This document shows, piece by piece, positions 31,236-40,822 of a DNA stretch of 64,000 nucleotides. The notes below the pieces were generated by a model, which worked only from the letters and a program-made list of their open reading frames with translations, was not told the DNA's origin and did no database searches. Every line of letters starts with the position of its first letter. Position 1 is the first letter of the stretch. This stretch comes from Ignavibacteriota bacterium (GTDB lineage Bacteria; Bacteroidota; Ignavibacteria; UBA10030). Location of the stretch: the NCBI GenBank assembly GCA_963701295.1, contig OY969585.1:512827-576826 (forward strand), given 5' to 3'. Made by a program: the position numbers and the translations under genes.

Positions 31236-31583
31236 TTAGATTTTGCAGATTTTCTTACGGTCTACTCGATGAAGTTTTATTGCATCTTCCTGAATTGACT
31301 TATCATCATCGAACGATTTTTTGATAAGCCCAATTAATGAACGAGTGAACTTATATTCCGATTTATCATTCAATCGAAAATTCACCCATTTGCCATCCTT
31401 TGTATCGAGCAAAAGACTTGCATCTCTGAGGATTGTCAAATGTTTTGACACAGTCGAATTGGAAAGATCGAGCACCTCTCGAATCTCGCACATACACAAT
31501 TCCCGTTCAGCAAGCATCTTAACGATACGGATGCGATTGGGATCGCTCAGGGCTTTAAAGATATTGACATAATCACGTTTCAT
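31236..31583 (-). CDS. arsR: ArsR/SmtB-family metalloregulator
   Basis: LSDPNRIRIVKMLAERELCMCEIREVLDLSNSTVSKHL. Winged helix-turn-helix with a CxC metal site. Confidence 0.85.
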   Translation of the reverse strand: MKRDYVNIFKALSDPNRIRIVKMLAERELCMCEIREVLDLSNSTVSKHLTILRDASLLLDTKDGKWVNFRLNDKSEYKFTRSLIGLIKKSFDDDKSIQEDAIKLHRVDRKKICKI

Positions 31584-31654
31584 AGATACTCCTTCATTTC
31601 GTCAACTAACGAAATATAAATACTCTTTCAGAATAAAGCAAGGGCATCACTCTC

Positions 31655-32563
31655 CTATCGCGAAAGACTCTTCAGATGTCTTAATGCACCATCAGTTAGC
31701 CCCAATGCTTGAGCGGCCTTTCTTTGGCAATTATTGTGCTTTTCCAATGCTTGTTGTATCAATCTCCTTTCCATCCTTGCGACGGAATATTTTAGTGTAA
31801 ATTCCCTTCCTTCCTCAGTCATCAGATTCATTTTAGCAAGTTGAATTCTGTCCTTCTGCCTAATTGCTTCATCATCAGGCATAACTTGGAGGGTTTTGAC
31901 AAATGATTTGAGCTCAAGAATATTTTCATTCCATCTGTTACGCTGAAGCAATTTGACGAAGTTATTATCCATTGGATTTCTTCGCTCTATTTGAAATTGA
32001 GTGAAGAAATGTTGTGCAAGCTCAGGAATATCCTCCTTCCGTTCTTTGAGTGTCGGCACGTAGATCAATTTGTATTTTGCGAGAATCTTTGAAAGCCCAG
32101 GGATAATGGAACCTGATTTGAATAGCCGTTGTGGATGTTTGTTAAATACGAAGATCAATCTGCATCGAACTGGGCGTTCATCCTCCGTGCCAAGTCGAAT
32201 CACTGTTCTGCTAAGGATAGCTTTCACCAATTGTTCTTGCAGGAATTTCGAAGCACTATCAATGTGTTTTAGAACTATAGTAGTCGGCAATTCGAGAACG
32301 CTGCGGCGGGTAGTCGGAAGCTCCGGTGGACTGCCTCCAAGTAATCTGACACGTTGATCTCGTTCACTTAGTATATTGAAATTGACGGTTTCGAGTTCAC
32401 GGTCCTTCAACAACGAATGGGCGTGAATGCGGGAAGACAAAAGAGATTTGCCGACTCCCAGGTCGCCGGTGATAACAAGCGGAAAGGTATCCGCCGATAG
32501 TTTTGTGAGGGAAGCTCTGATGCGCTTGATTGCTGGACTCCCCCCTATCAGGTGGTCTGGCAT
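31655..32563 (-). CDS. Sigma54-activator-like (AAA+ plus Fis-type HTH) regulator without a receiver/sensor domain and without GAFTGA; Walker B degenerate
   Basis: LIGGSPAIKRI...ITGDLGVGKS (Walker A). C-terminal HTH ...CQRKAAQALGLTDGALRHLKSL. LLGGSPPELPTT occupies the place of the ESELFGHEKGAFTGA region. Confidence 0.65.
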   Translation of the reverse strand: MPDHLIGGSPAIKRIRASLTKLSADTFPLVITGDLGVGKSLLSSRIHAHSLLKDRELETVNFNILSERDQRVRLLGGSPPELPTTRRSVLELPTTIVLKHIDSASKFLQEQLVKAILSRTVIRLGTEDERPVRCRLIFVFNKHPQRLFKSGSIIPGLSKILAKYKLIYVPTLKERKEDIPELAQHFFTQFQIERRNPMDNNFVKLLQRNRWNENILELKSFVKTLQVMPDDEAIRQKDRIQLAKMNLMTEEGREFTLKYSVARMERRLIQQALEKHNNCQRKAAQALGLTDGALRHLKSLSR

Positions 32564-32842
32564 TAAGCAGCATTTCAGTTATGTGATAGATTACTCGACA
32601 CGACCGTCCCAAACAACATGAAACAATGCATGAATTATTCATACGATACCCGATGCTTAAAGAGCTACAATGACTCTGTTAGACGGGATTAATGCTAAAG
32701 TGATTGTTTGAAGCAGAAAGTAAAGCGGCGTGTCTAAAAGATAGTGTCTGAAAAAAAGTTTGTCAAGGAAAATCATCCTTAAGACCATGAGGATTTTTCC
32801 TCATGTCATTAGGGTTTCCCCTAAAGTGGGTTAGGGATTTCC

Positions 32843-33181
32843 CTAATATATAGAATCAGAAAGAAATTCAACTCCATCATCCAACTTGATAGATGCAATG
32901 GCACGGATAATTTTCTCAAGTTCCTTACGCTCGCTTGAAACATTGACACCAAGAAAATCAATATCCTTAGTGGGCCTTGCTTTCTCAATATTGTAAGCGA
33001 GAAGAAGGAAGCCGCCTTTTAACACAAACTTCTTTACATACTTTGATGCTGCAAGACGTGCAAGAAAGCGCTCCTGAATGTATCGCAGTAATAGAAAATT
33101 AAAATCAAGGTTTTCTTTTTCAGAAATATTTTTAAGGCGCGCTAGAACTGATGCGGAAACATTGGTAGTCGGTTTTTTCAT
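32843..33181 (-). CDS. AbiEii/AbiGii-family nucleotidyltransferase toxin, truncated (N-terminal about 112 aa only)
   Basis: N-terminal AbiEii motif. Full-length proteins are about 280-300 aa. The ORF ends at a cluster of palindromes. Confidence 0.55.
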   Translation of the reverse strand: MKKPTTNVSASVLARLKNISEKENLDFNFLLLRYIQERFLARLAASKYVKKFVLKGGFLLLAYNIEKARPTKDIDFLGVNVSSERKELEKIIRAIASIKLDDGVEFLSDSIY

Positions 33182-33771
33182 CCCATAATCACCTTCACAT
33201 ATTGAGAGATGATACCTTTTACTCGACAAATTTCTGCGAACTTCATCAGTTTATTGAGATCACGATTGCGTTTTCGGAGATACGTTTTGAGACCCTCCAT
33301 TACGATATCTTCACCGAGTTTGTTCCTGAACCGGAAACAATCACAGATAGTTTTTTCAACACCGTAGAGTCGAATATGACCAGCTTTGGTTTCGTGGTGT
33401 TCAATCCCTGTTTTGTACTGAGCTTCGGAAAAATAGAAAGACTCCGTCGGTGGATGAGAAAGCTTGATCGGTTTATTCGCTCTTGGAATGGCATACGTTA
33501 TAACTGTAGGAACGAATGTCGTAAGCTCGTGAAACGCGAGCGCTGAAGAAAGGCTGATAACTGCTTTCGGGATAGCAAGACAGACTTCTACGAGTCCGCT
33601 CGATTCACCAAGCTCAAGCTGCGAAAGCCGATATAGGCCAGCTTTCACCTTTACGATGTCGCCTCCATCAACTGCCTTCAGGATTTCCCTTGTGTGGATA
33701 CCGCTCGCTTTCATTTCCTTCATTCGAGCGTAACCCTTATGGGCTTTGAGATATTTTAGTATTTGATTCAT
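33178..33771 (-). CDS. AbiEi-family antitoxin/transcriptional regulator (type IV TA system)
   Basis: MNQILKYLKAHKGYARMKEMKASGIHTREILKAVDGGDIVKVKAGLYRL is the AbiEi N-terminal winged HTH. Its stop overlaps the toxin start. Confidence 0.65.
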   Translation of the reverse strand: MNQILKYLKAHKGYARMKEMKASGIHTREILKAVDGGDIVKVKAGLYRLSQLELGESSGLVEVCLAIPKAVISLSSALAFHELTTFVPTVITYAIPRANKPIKLSHPPTESFYFSEAQYKTGIEHHETKAGHIRLYGVEKTICDCFRFRNKLGEDIVMEGLKTYLRKRNRDLNKLMKFAEICRVKGIISQYVKVIMG

Positions 33772-34188
33772 ACGGATGGTTCTAATTAGCTGCACATAAT
33801 ATAAACGTGCAGTAGAAAAGAAGCAAGAGGCTGGCAAAGATTTAATCAAAAACGCCTGACGCATTACCAGACGCCAGTCGTTTAGGGAGTCTAACTATGC
33901 GCTGTCGGGGAGACGGCACGGGAATATTGTATGAAATGTTCTGGTTTTTGTCAATTAATATTTTAGATGAAAAATAAAGACCCCGGCACATTTATAAGTA
34001 CCGGGGCTCAAGGGGAAGGGGGTAAAGAACCACTGCGCGCCAACACAGTGATGCTACTGAAAAATAGCCGTTGATATCTTCGGGGGATTGATATCAATTT
34101 ACCCCCTTTTTAATTTCCGATTCATAAACTTTTTATTGCTTGGCATAATGATATTTACTAACAAAGATTTAAATAGTCAATTTCTCGT

Positions 34189-34542
34189 TTATTCAAGTAT
34201 GCCAAACGCTTGTTGCTCTATGGGAACAATTCCCTGTAATACATCCATCATATTTCGCGCACCGTCAGGATTAAACGAATGCACAACAACTCTCTCATGT
34301 AGTTTATCTTTCGTCATTTGTGAAATAAATTTCGCTACCGCGAATCCGCTTACTTCATCGCTTGGACAAAATATCTCCCCGCCTAAATCGTGATCGAGGC
34401 TTACTAAGTCATAAGGAGAATTTTGTTCCAGCATTTCTATTGCTTGTTCCACCGTTTCTACCTTGGTCAATTCATCTTCGACAAATTTAATCTCTGCCTC
34501 TTTCATTCTATCTTTGTCGTCATCGAGAAATAATACTTTCAT
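34189..34542 (-). CDS. Stand-alone receiver (REC-like) domain protein
   Basis: MKVLFLDDDKDRM...DLVSLDHDLGG... Acidic pocket and DxDL pattern of a CheY-like fold. 117 aa. Confidence 0.5.
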   Translation of the reverse strand: MKVLFLDDDKDRMKEAEIKFVEDELTKVETVEQAIEMLEQNSPYDLVSLDHDLGGEIFCPSDEVSGFAVAKFISQMTKDKLHERVVVHSFNPDGARNMMDVLQGIVPIEQQAFGILE

Positions 34543-34686
34543 TTTGATTTACAACTTAACGAATGGCAACTTTACTGACAGATCAATTCTTCTTCGCCTG
34601 CTTCTCCATCCCTCGATACCAGTCATGTCGAGCTTGAGCGCCTGGTTATACCGCTTGCTTTAAATAACCGCAAGAGAAGAAAAAGA

Positions 34687-35008
34687 ATGCCACCGAACAC
34701 GAGAAAAACGGATGCGCCATACCATCCGATGACCCAAGGAAAGATCGAACGGTATCATCGCTCGATGAAGAATGAAATCAATTTGCAGAAGTATTATATG
34801 CCGTGGGAGTTGGAACAGGAGATCGAACGATTTATTGATTACTACAACAACAAACGATATCACAGCCCTGGACAATGTCACCCCAGCTGATGTATATTAT
34901 GGCAGGCAATGTGAAATTATTACTAGGAGGGAACAACTTAAACAACAAACTTTGAAAGCACGAAGACGGTACAATTTATCACAACAAACGGCTCAAATCA
35001 TCTCTTAG
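34687..35008 (+). pseudogene. IS481-family transposase C-terminal fragment, 5'-truncated and internally frameshifted
   Basis: ...HPMTQGKIERYHRSMKNE...DYYNNKRYHS|ALDNVTPADVYYGR... The C-terminal motifs are split across two frames. No N-terminal DDE region is present. Confidence 0.7.
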
Positions 35009-35010
35009 AA

Positions 35011-35299
35011 AATATTTAATTCTGTCCATTTGACTTTGAAGACATACATTTTATCTCCCTCCATCAAACACCAATAACCTTTTTTTAATCCGTTAATCTC
35101 AATGCCATCTTTGCTTCCAAGATCTTGAAGCCAATATTTTCCTTCACTATCACAGTAAATCCCGGCATGAAATCTTAGAAGAGGAATCAGTTAGCACGAT
35201 ATCGTTCAATGGATCTCTTCCGATTGACAATGCACGAATTCCGAACAGTGATTTTTCTGCGTACAGGACACCGTTTTTATAAATTGCTAATGAATACAT
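35011..35299 (-). pseudogene. FHA-domain small protein with a frameshift near 35165
   Basis: Reverse-strand translation gives MYSLAIYKNGVLYAEKSLFGIRALSIGRDPLNDIVLTDSSSKISC in one frame, then HAGIYCDSEGKYWLQDLGSKDGIEINGLKKGYW...NIF* in another. Together these make an FHA pattern. Confidence 0.5.
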
Positions 35300-35779
35300 A
35301 CTCTCACCCTCATACTTAGATGATTTGAAATATAAAACTAAAAGATAATTATTAGGATGTTGCGCAAATAAGTGTTTCTGTTTCTTCGTAATGCATCTTG
35401 TTGATGGTTGTCTTTAAGTTCTCCTCCTCAATAGAGTCTCCCTACAAAATGGGTTGCATGAAATGTATATGTCCAGAGACATATTACATTTTTATCGAGA
35501 CAAATTTCCATAGTCATCTGATTTGACTGTGATTCTTCATTCGCATTCCATCGAAGATCAACGCCTGAAATTTTGTTCGATCCGCTTTCGCCACAGGGGG
35601 GATCCCAGATACACATTATTTCATCGACCTTGGTAAGCCTCCTAATCCTCCCAGAGCATCTTCCAGTTCGCCGTGTATTCCTTAATCAAGTCCAGCCCAA
35701 GGTGCGGGCTATTTGATGCTTGTGTAGAAGCCACGAGTACATCGCAACACTCATCAAAGGCGTAGTTTGGGTTTTCGAT

Positions 35780-35998
35780 CTACCAAAACCTCCACCAAGG
35801 TTTCCTTAATCCCTTAGCTATGAATTTGACATCTTTGTCTTTCATCCACATCGTAGCAAAAATCGAGGTGCCACAGTGCGGGCAATTATGCACCGGCTTT
35901 CCATTCGGGCTCACGATTTCTTTCTTACATTCGGGGCACGCAATACGATCTCTGAACTGCATAGACATTATCTCAGACAATCTCTTATCTTCTTTCAT
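35780..35998 (-). CDS. Small zinc-ribbon protein (CPECK...CPHCG)
   Basis: Start chosen at MKEDKRLSEIMSMQFRDRIACPECKKE... The longer upstream extension contains a duplicated segment. Confidence 0.4.
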   Translation of the reverse strand: MKEDKRLSEIMSMQFRDRIACPECKKEIVSPNGKPVHNCPHCGTSIFATMWMKDKDVKFIAKGLRKPWWRFW

Positions 35999-36233
35999 AA
36001 TATCATTCCTCCTTTTATTTGTTTTTTTCCCGATTTGTCCACGAACGAATATGACAGTTAATTTATATAATTTGCGCAGGATATACAAATTTGGTTTGCG
36101 GGCAATACGATCTCTGAGTCGAATGGATATCATTTCTCCCCTTTATTAATATTTACATCACAATTCGGCCATATTGTTATTTGTCGCAAAGAGGCGATCT
36201 CCAGCTGTCAATACACATGACCCTGGATTGTTG

Positions 36234-39200
36234 CTATTCGCCACAACCCTCCAACCGAAATAAATAGAAATTGCCTAAGAAATCGCCGCAGGCGATGAGA
36301 TGGCTGTCCGGCGAAATGCTCACGGCAAATACTTCTGCATCACAACAGTAGCTAAGTATTACCTGTCCTGTCCGGCGATCCCATACCTTGACGGTATGAT
36401 CAAAGCTACCTGATATGATAAACCTGCCATCTGATGAGAACGCACATGTTACGACGGTGTCTTGGTGACCCACCAAGGTGGTGAGCGGCTGTCCTGTGTG
36501 GCGATCCCACAGTCTGACGGTGTGATCGTAACTGCCGGAGACGATCCATTGGCCATCCGGTGAAACTGCACATGCCGTGATACTTCCCGTGTGACCGGTC
36601 AGGGTGGCAAGATCTTTTCCTGTTCGGCTTTCCCAGAGTTTTAATGTGGTATCGTTACTACCGGACACAATCAAACTCCCCTCCGGGGAAAAAGCACATG
36701 ACTCAACGGAACTCCGGTGCCCACGCAACGTTGCCAGTTCGTGTCCCATCTTTGCATCCCAGAGTTTGACTGTCGCATCACCACCGCCGGACACAATGCG
36801 GCTGCCCTCCGGCGAAAAGGCACACGTGTTGACGCTTGTTTCATTATGCCCGATGAACGTCCAGAGCTGTTCGCCATTTGAACTGTCCCAAAGTTTCAGG
36901 GTCTTGTCCTTGCTACTCGAAACGATGCGGCCTCCATCTGGCGAAAAGTGAGAACATGTTACTTCATCGTCGTGCCCGGCCAGCGTTGCAAGCTCCCGGC
37001 CTTGGCGGCCGTCCCAGATCTTCAGGGTCTTATCTTTGCTGCTTGACACGATCCGCGCACCATCCCGCGAAAATGCCAGGTGACTGATACACGCGTGATG
37101 TCCTGCCAAGGTAGCCAACTTTTTGCTGCCTTTGGTATTCCAGATTTTGAGCGTGTTGTCGGTACTGGTCGAGACGATATGCGAGCCATCCGGTGAGATC
37201 GCGCATGACTTGGCGCCCTCGTAATCATTTGCCAAGGTTGCCAACTCTTTTCCAATTACGGCATTCCACAGTTTAAGTGTGGAGCCTCCTGACACTATCA
37301 AGTTTCCATCTGAAGAGAATTCACAAGTGGATACACTGCCGTCGTGTCCTGTAAAAGGTGGCATCTCTTTTCCCGTCGCGGTATCCCAGACCTTTATACC
37401 AACTCCGGTCCCGCAGACTATGCGGCTGCCATTCGGCGAAAATTCGCAACTATGTATCTCAGAAATACCGTGGTTTTCTCCCGTGAACAGTGTTCGCTTC
37501 TCACCTGTCTTGATGTTAGTTAACGTCAGTGTTTCATTCCAATTGAAACCTACATTTTCCCTGTTCTCTCCCAATGCCAAGAAGTTACCATCTCGCGAAA
37601 GACGACAGAAGCCAAGTGCAATACCTTGTTGCCTTGTCCGCGTAGAGAATGCGACTTCTCCAGTGTAAATGGACCGGATTTTTAGGATACCATCGATATT
37701 ACTATACGAAGCAATGCGATCACCGTTAGCCAAGTAGGTACAGTAATCGACACCGGATTCATATCCGGTCAGAGTTCCCTGCAACTTCTCGGTGGCCCGA
37801 TTCCAGACCTTGACAGTTTTGTCTTTACTGCTCGACGCGATGAATTTCCCATCAGGAGAGAACTGACAGCAAGTCACGGTGTCGGTATGGCCGGAAAGTG
37901 TGACGATTTCGCTCCCGGTATCTACATCCCAGAGCTTGACGGTTTTGTCTTTCCCCCCGGACACGATGACCTTTCCATCCGGTGAAAAGGCGCATGTCTC
38001 GACACTCTCCGTGTGCCCAGTTAGCGTCATTAGTAAATGAGATTCCATGAGTTGCGGTTCCCGGCATTGGCGGAGAAATTTGCCACCACGCGCTAGGAAT
38101 CGCTTCCGCAGGGCGTCGAATGCGTCACTTATTTGACCTGATTTCCAGGAAAGGTTGTTATACAGGTATTGAAACGCATTCCGCGGGTCTGAGCGTAGAC
38201 GATGCTGCTCCAACATAACGGTATTATAGTATGTAGCGATCTCGGTCGGATTGGCTATAGGTGGCTTTAATTCCAGCGCTCTTTGGTAATCTGCTAACAA
38301 ATCATTTAGCAAATCTCCTTTCACTTTGGCTTCAAGGAACAATAGGTCGCTCAACGTCGCGTTCAGAACATCTCTGTCTCCAGCGTTGATCTCCTGGAAG
38401 GGAAGCTCTACCAAAGCGTGGATATCGCTGCCAATCCAGGTTTCATTGCCGGTGGGATCAGCCTTCCACAGAAAGAACCGGGCGAGACGGGCGTGGTATG
38501 CTGGCCTGAGATAGCGCTGTTTGATTGCTTCGCCGATCTGCCGTTGGTAATAACTCATCAGCACTGTGTTATCGGCTGCGCGCTCAACCAGATACGGAGC
38601 CAAGTCATGGTAGAGTCTGAGCCAAACGACCACCGGAATTCCTTCCGCCTCCGGGGATTTGGCAGAGCGCGCTTTCAGGTCGTCCATGACGTCTTGGTCA
38701 GAAAGGAGCACGATGATTTCACTCTCGGACAATCCATTCCGGGCGGCGGATAATAGGCCAAGAAAGGTCTTGACTAACAGTTCCCCATGGTGGCGCTTGT
38801 CTTGCAGCCTGGTGAGCATATTATCTACCATCCCAGCTACATCCTCGGCAAGAACCGACACATCGTCCCAGGATTTCCACCTTCGAACCTCTTCAAAGGC
38901 CAGCTTCAAGTAGAGAGGATAAGGACATTTTCGGAATCCCGCCAACACGCGCTTCTGCTGCTGTTTTGTCAGCGAGCGATGGACATCGTGGAGCCAATGC
39001 TGCAACACCTGTGCCCCTTCCTTTTGCCGCATGTGATCTAGGCGAAGGAACATCCGTTCAGAATCCCGCGATTTTCTTGACATGTTGGTCGACATCCTAC
39101 TCAGCCACGTCACAGTTTTCTTGAGCATCTCCCGAACGAATGTCGGCCGTTCATCTTCGGACTCTATTAGGGATGCGACAATGCGCACATACGGCGGCAA

Positions 39201-40559
39201 GACTCTTGGCAGCCAGCTAATCATATTGGCCAAGTCAGAATAAGCCAACTCAGATACTTCGAGCTGATCGAGGGCGTCGAGAAAGATGATGAGTGGTCGC
39301 TGTGTTGTCGCTAAATCAAGGAGACGTATGAACTCCTTCTCCAGTTCTTTAGCTCCGGACGGGATGTTGCCAAGTTTCACATGATACGCCTCGCTGATCT
39401 CGCGAACCAGATAATATAGGAGTCCACGCATTTCTATCGAGTGAGGTGTGGCTCCAATGAAGCGTTGGATAACATAGGCGTGCGCCTGTGTGTCAACAGC
39501 TTCGCGCGCCGCCTTCGCCATCAGGGCGGATTTACCGCTACCCGTCGGGCCAAAGATAAAAAGGGTGTATTCGTTTTCGTTACGGAGGTAAGCCGTGATC
39601 TGGTTCAATTGAGTCTGTCGGCCTACGAAGTTCTTGCACCGATCTGCACCGAATTCCTGATGCGCTGATCGCTCGAGAGATAAGGCGTCGACGTCTGCTA
39701 GCCGTTGAAACTCCTCTTCCAGGATGTTCCTCAGCGACGCCAACGCATCGGCGGCGAACTGGGCGAGGTGTTCATTTAGCGTCGTGCCGTTCCATATGAC
39801 AGCATAATCGAAATGATTGATCCCGGGTTTCTGCCGGATTGCTTCCTTGAGGGCGCGCGCCTGTTCTATACCATCGTCAACGTAGGGACTATTATGAGGG
39901 AGTTCTTCGACATTCTCGATATTGCGCAGAAAGGCGACAACATGTTCCTGCTGATCCGGCAACGCTAGCGCTCCATGGATAATTTCTTGATGCGTAGCCG
40001 AGCACTCATATTTGATCCGGCGTTGGTCATTCATCGGCCATCCAAGATGGTTTATAGCGTCTAGCAAGATGGCGTGCAACGTCCGTTCTGTCTGGAACCA
40101 GGCGTCATAGTCTTTTTCCTCAGGCACATACTCACGGCGCGAGCGTAATAAATATTCTGGGGGCATGGCGTTGGTGTCGAGCCGGTACCAGTCCGCTAAT
40201 AGAGGACGGTGGGCGACTGGGACCGCGGAGCGAATCGTGTCGAATTCAGTTACCTCGATCTGCGGCGGCAACGGCAGCCACCCATAGCGGTCACCGAAGA
40301 GGATGAGGAAGTTCGGTCGGGGCGAAACGTCCTGGCACCGTTTGAGCTCAGTCAGGCAAATATTCATCGTTTGCTGGTCGAGCGCCGCTTCTTCGGTGAC
40401 CCCCCAGCGTAGGTCAATGGCCTGAAAGTGGCACTGGTTCGCCTCGCAGAATTTCTGCAGTTCAGGGAACACCTTCTCCTGGAGCGCGTTGCGTTCCTCT
40501 TTCATGTCGGCAAAAGTTGAGCTGACAAATACACGGAATATCTTGGTTTGTTTTTGCAT
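36234..40559 (-). CDS. STAND NTPase: DUF4062 N-terminal domain, NACHT ATPase and C-terminal WD40 beta-propellers (about 14 or more repeats); NWD1/TEP1-like architecture
   Basis: N-terminus IFRVFVSSTFADMKEERNAL... matches the DUF4062 pattern. Walker A IFGPTGSGKSALM. Many LxGHxxxVxxCAFSPDG...WD repeats. GC content is visibly higher than the surrounding DNA. Confidence 0.8.
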   Translation of the reverse strand: MQKQTKIFRVFVSSTFADMKEERNALQEKVFPELQKFCEANQCHFQAIDLRWGVTEEAALDQQTMNICLTELKRCQDVSPRPNFLILFGDRYGWLPLPPQIEVTEFDTIRSAVPVAHRPLLADWYRLDTNAMPPEYLLRSRREYVPEEKDYDAWFQTERTLHAILLDAINHLGWPMNDQRRIKYECSATHQEIIHGALALPDQQEHVVAFLRNIENVEELPHNSPYVDDGIEQARALKEAIRQKPGINHFDYAVIWNGTTLNEHLAQFAADALASLRNILEEEFQRLADVDALSLERSAHQEFGADRCKNFVGRQTQLNQITAYLRNENEYTLFIFGPTGSGKSALMAKAAREAVDTQAHAYVIQRFIGATPHSIEMRGLLYYLVREISEAYHVKLGNIPSGAKELEKEFIRLLDLATTQRPLIIFLDALDQLEVSELAYSDLANMISWLPRVLPPYVRIVASLIESEDERPTFVREMLKKTVTWLSRMSTNMSRKSRDSERMFLRLDHMRQKEGAQVLQHWLHDVHRSLTKQQQKRVLAGFRKCPYPLYLKLAFEEVRRWKSWDDVSVLAEDVAGMVDNMLTRLQDKRHHGELLVKTFLGLLSAARNGLSESEIIVLLSDQDVMDDLKARSAKSPEAEGIPVVVWLRLYHDLAPYLVERAADNTVLMSYYQRQIGEAIKQRYLRPAYHARLARFFLWKADPTGNETWIGSDIHALVELPFQEINAGDRDVLNATLSDLLFLEAKVKGDLLNDLLADYQRALELKPPIANPTEIATYYNTVMLEQHRLRSDPRNAFQYLYNNLSWKSGQISDAFDALRKRFLARGGKFLRQCREPQLMESHLLMTLTGHTESVETCAFSPDGKVIVSGGKDKTVKLWDVDTGSEIVTLSGHTDTVTCCQFSPDGKFIASSSKDKTVKVWNRATEKLQGTLTGYESGVDYCTYLANGDRIASYSNIDGILKIRSIYTGEVAFSTRTRQQGIALGFCRLSRDGNFLALGENRENVGFNWNETLTLTNIKTGEKRTLFTGENHGISEIHSCEFSPNGSRIVCGTGVGIKVWDTATGKEMPPFTGHDGSVSTCEFSSDGNLIVSGGSTLKLWNAVIGKELATLANDYEGAKSCAISPDGSHIVSTSTDNTLKIWNTKGSKKLATLAGHHACISHLAFSRDGARIVSSSKDKTLKIWDGRQGRELATLAGHDDEVTCSHFSPDGGRIVSSSKDKTLKLWDSSNGEQLWTFIGHNETSVNTCAFSPEGSRIVSGGGDATVKLWDAKMGHELATLRGHRSSVESCAFSPEGSLIVSGSNDTTLKLWESRTGKDLATLTGHTGSITACAVSPDGQWIVSGSYDHTVRLWDRHTGQPLTTLVGHQDTVVTCAFSSDGRFIISGSFDHTVKVWDRRTGQVILSYCCDAEVFAVSISPDSHLIACGDFLGNFYLFRLEGCGE

Positions 40560-40822
40560 GGTAAATCTCTTTAGTTATATAATACTTGTGGTAGTGTTTT
40601 TATGATGCTTTTTTTCACCCAGCATCACCTGTTCTGCAGTCACTCTTTAGGGCGGGTCACCGTCCACTTGATAAGTACGCCGCAGAAACGGGAACACAAA
40701 GCACACTAGGTGGTCGCGTTCCATATGCATGTCACGAAAGGTGCTGTTGATAGATACTCGCCCTGTTTTTCCTCCTTCAGCTATTTATTCCTTAAGGATA
40801 TATACTCACAAGTAATGTACAC

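Noticed and set aside
36604-39668. Several 60-130-aa ORFs on the plus strand
   Set aside because: They are antisense shadows within the GC-rich NACHT–WD40 gene, and no coding signal supports them.
40600-40760. GC-rich patch upstream of the NACHT gene as a possible small gene or ncRNA
   Set aside because: Only a 27-codon ORF without an RBS fits. It is more likely 5' UTR or promoter DNA co-transferred with the GC-rich NACHT gene.
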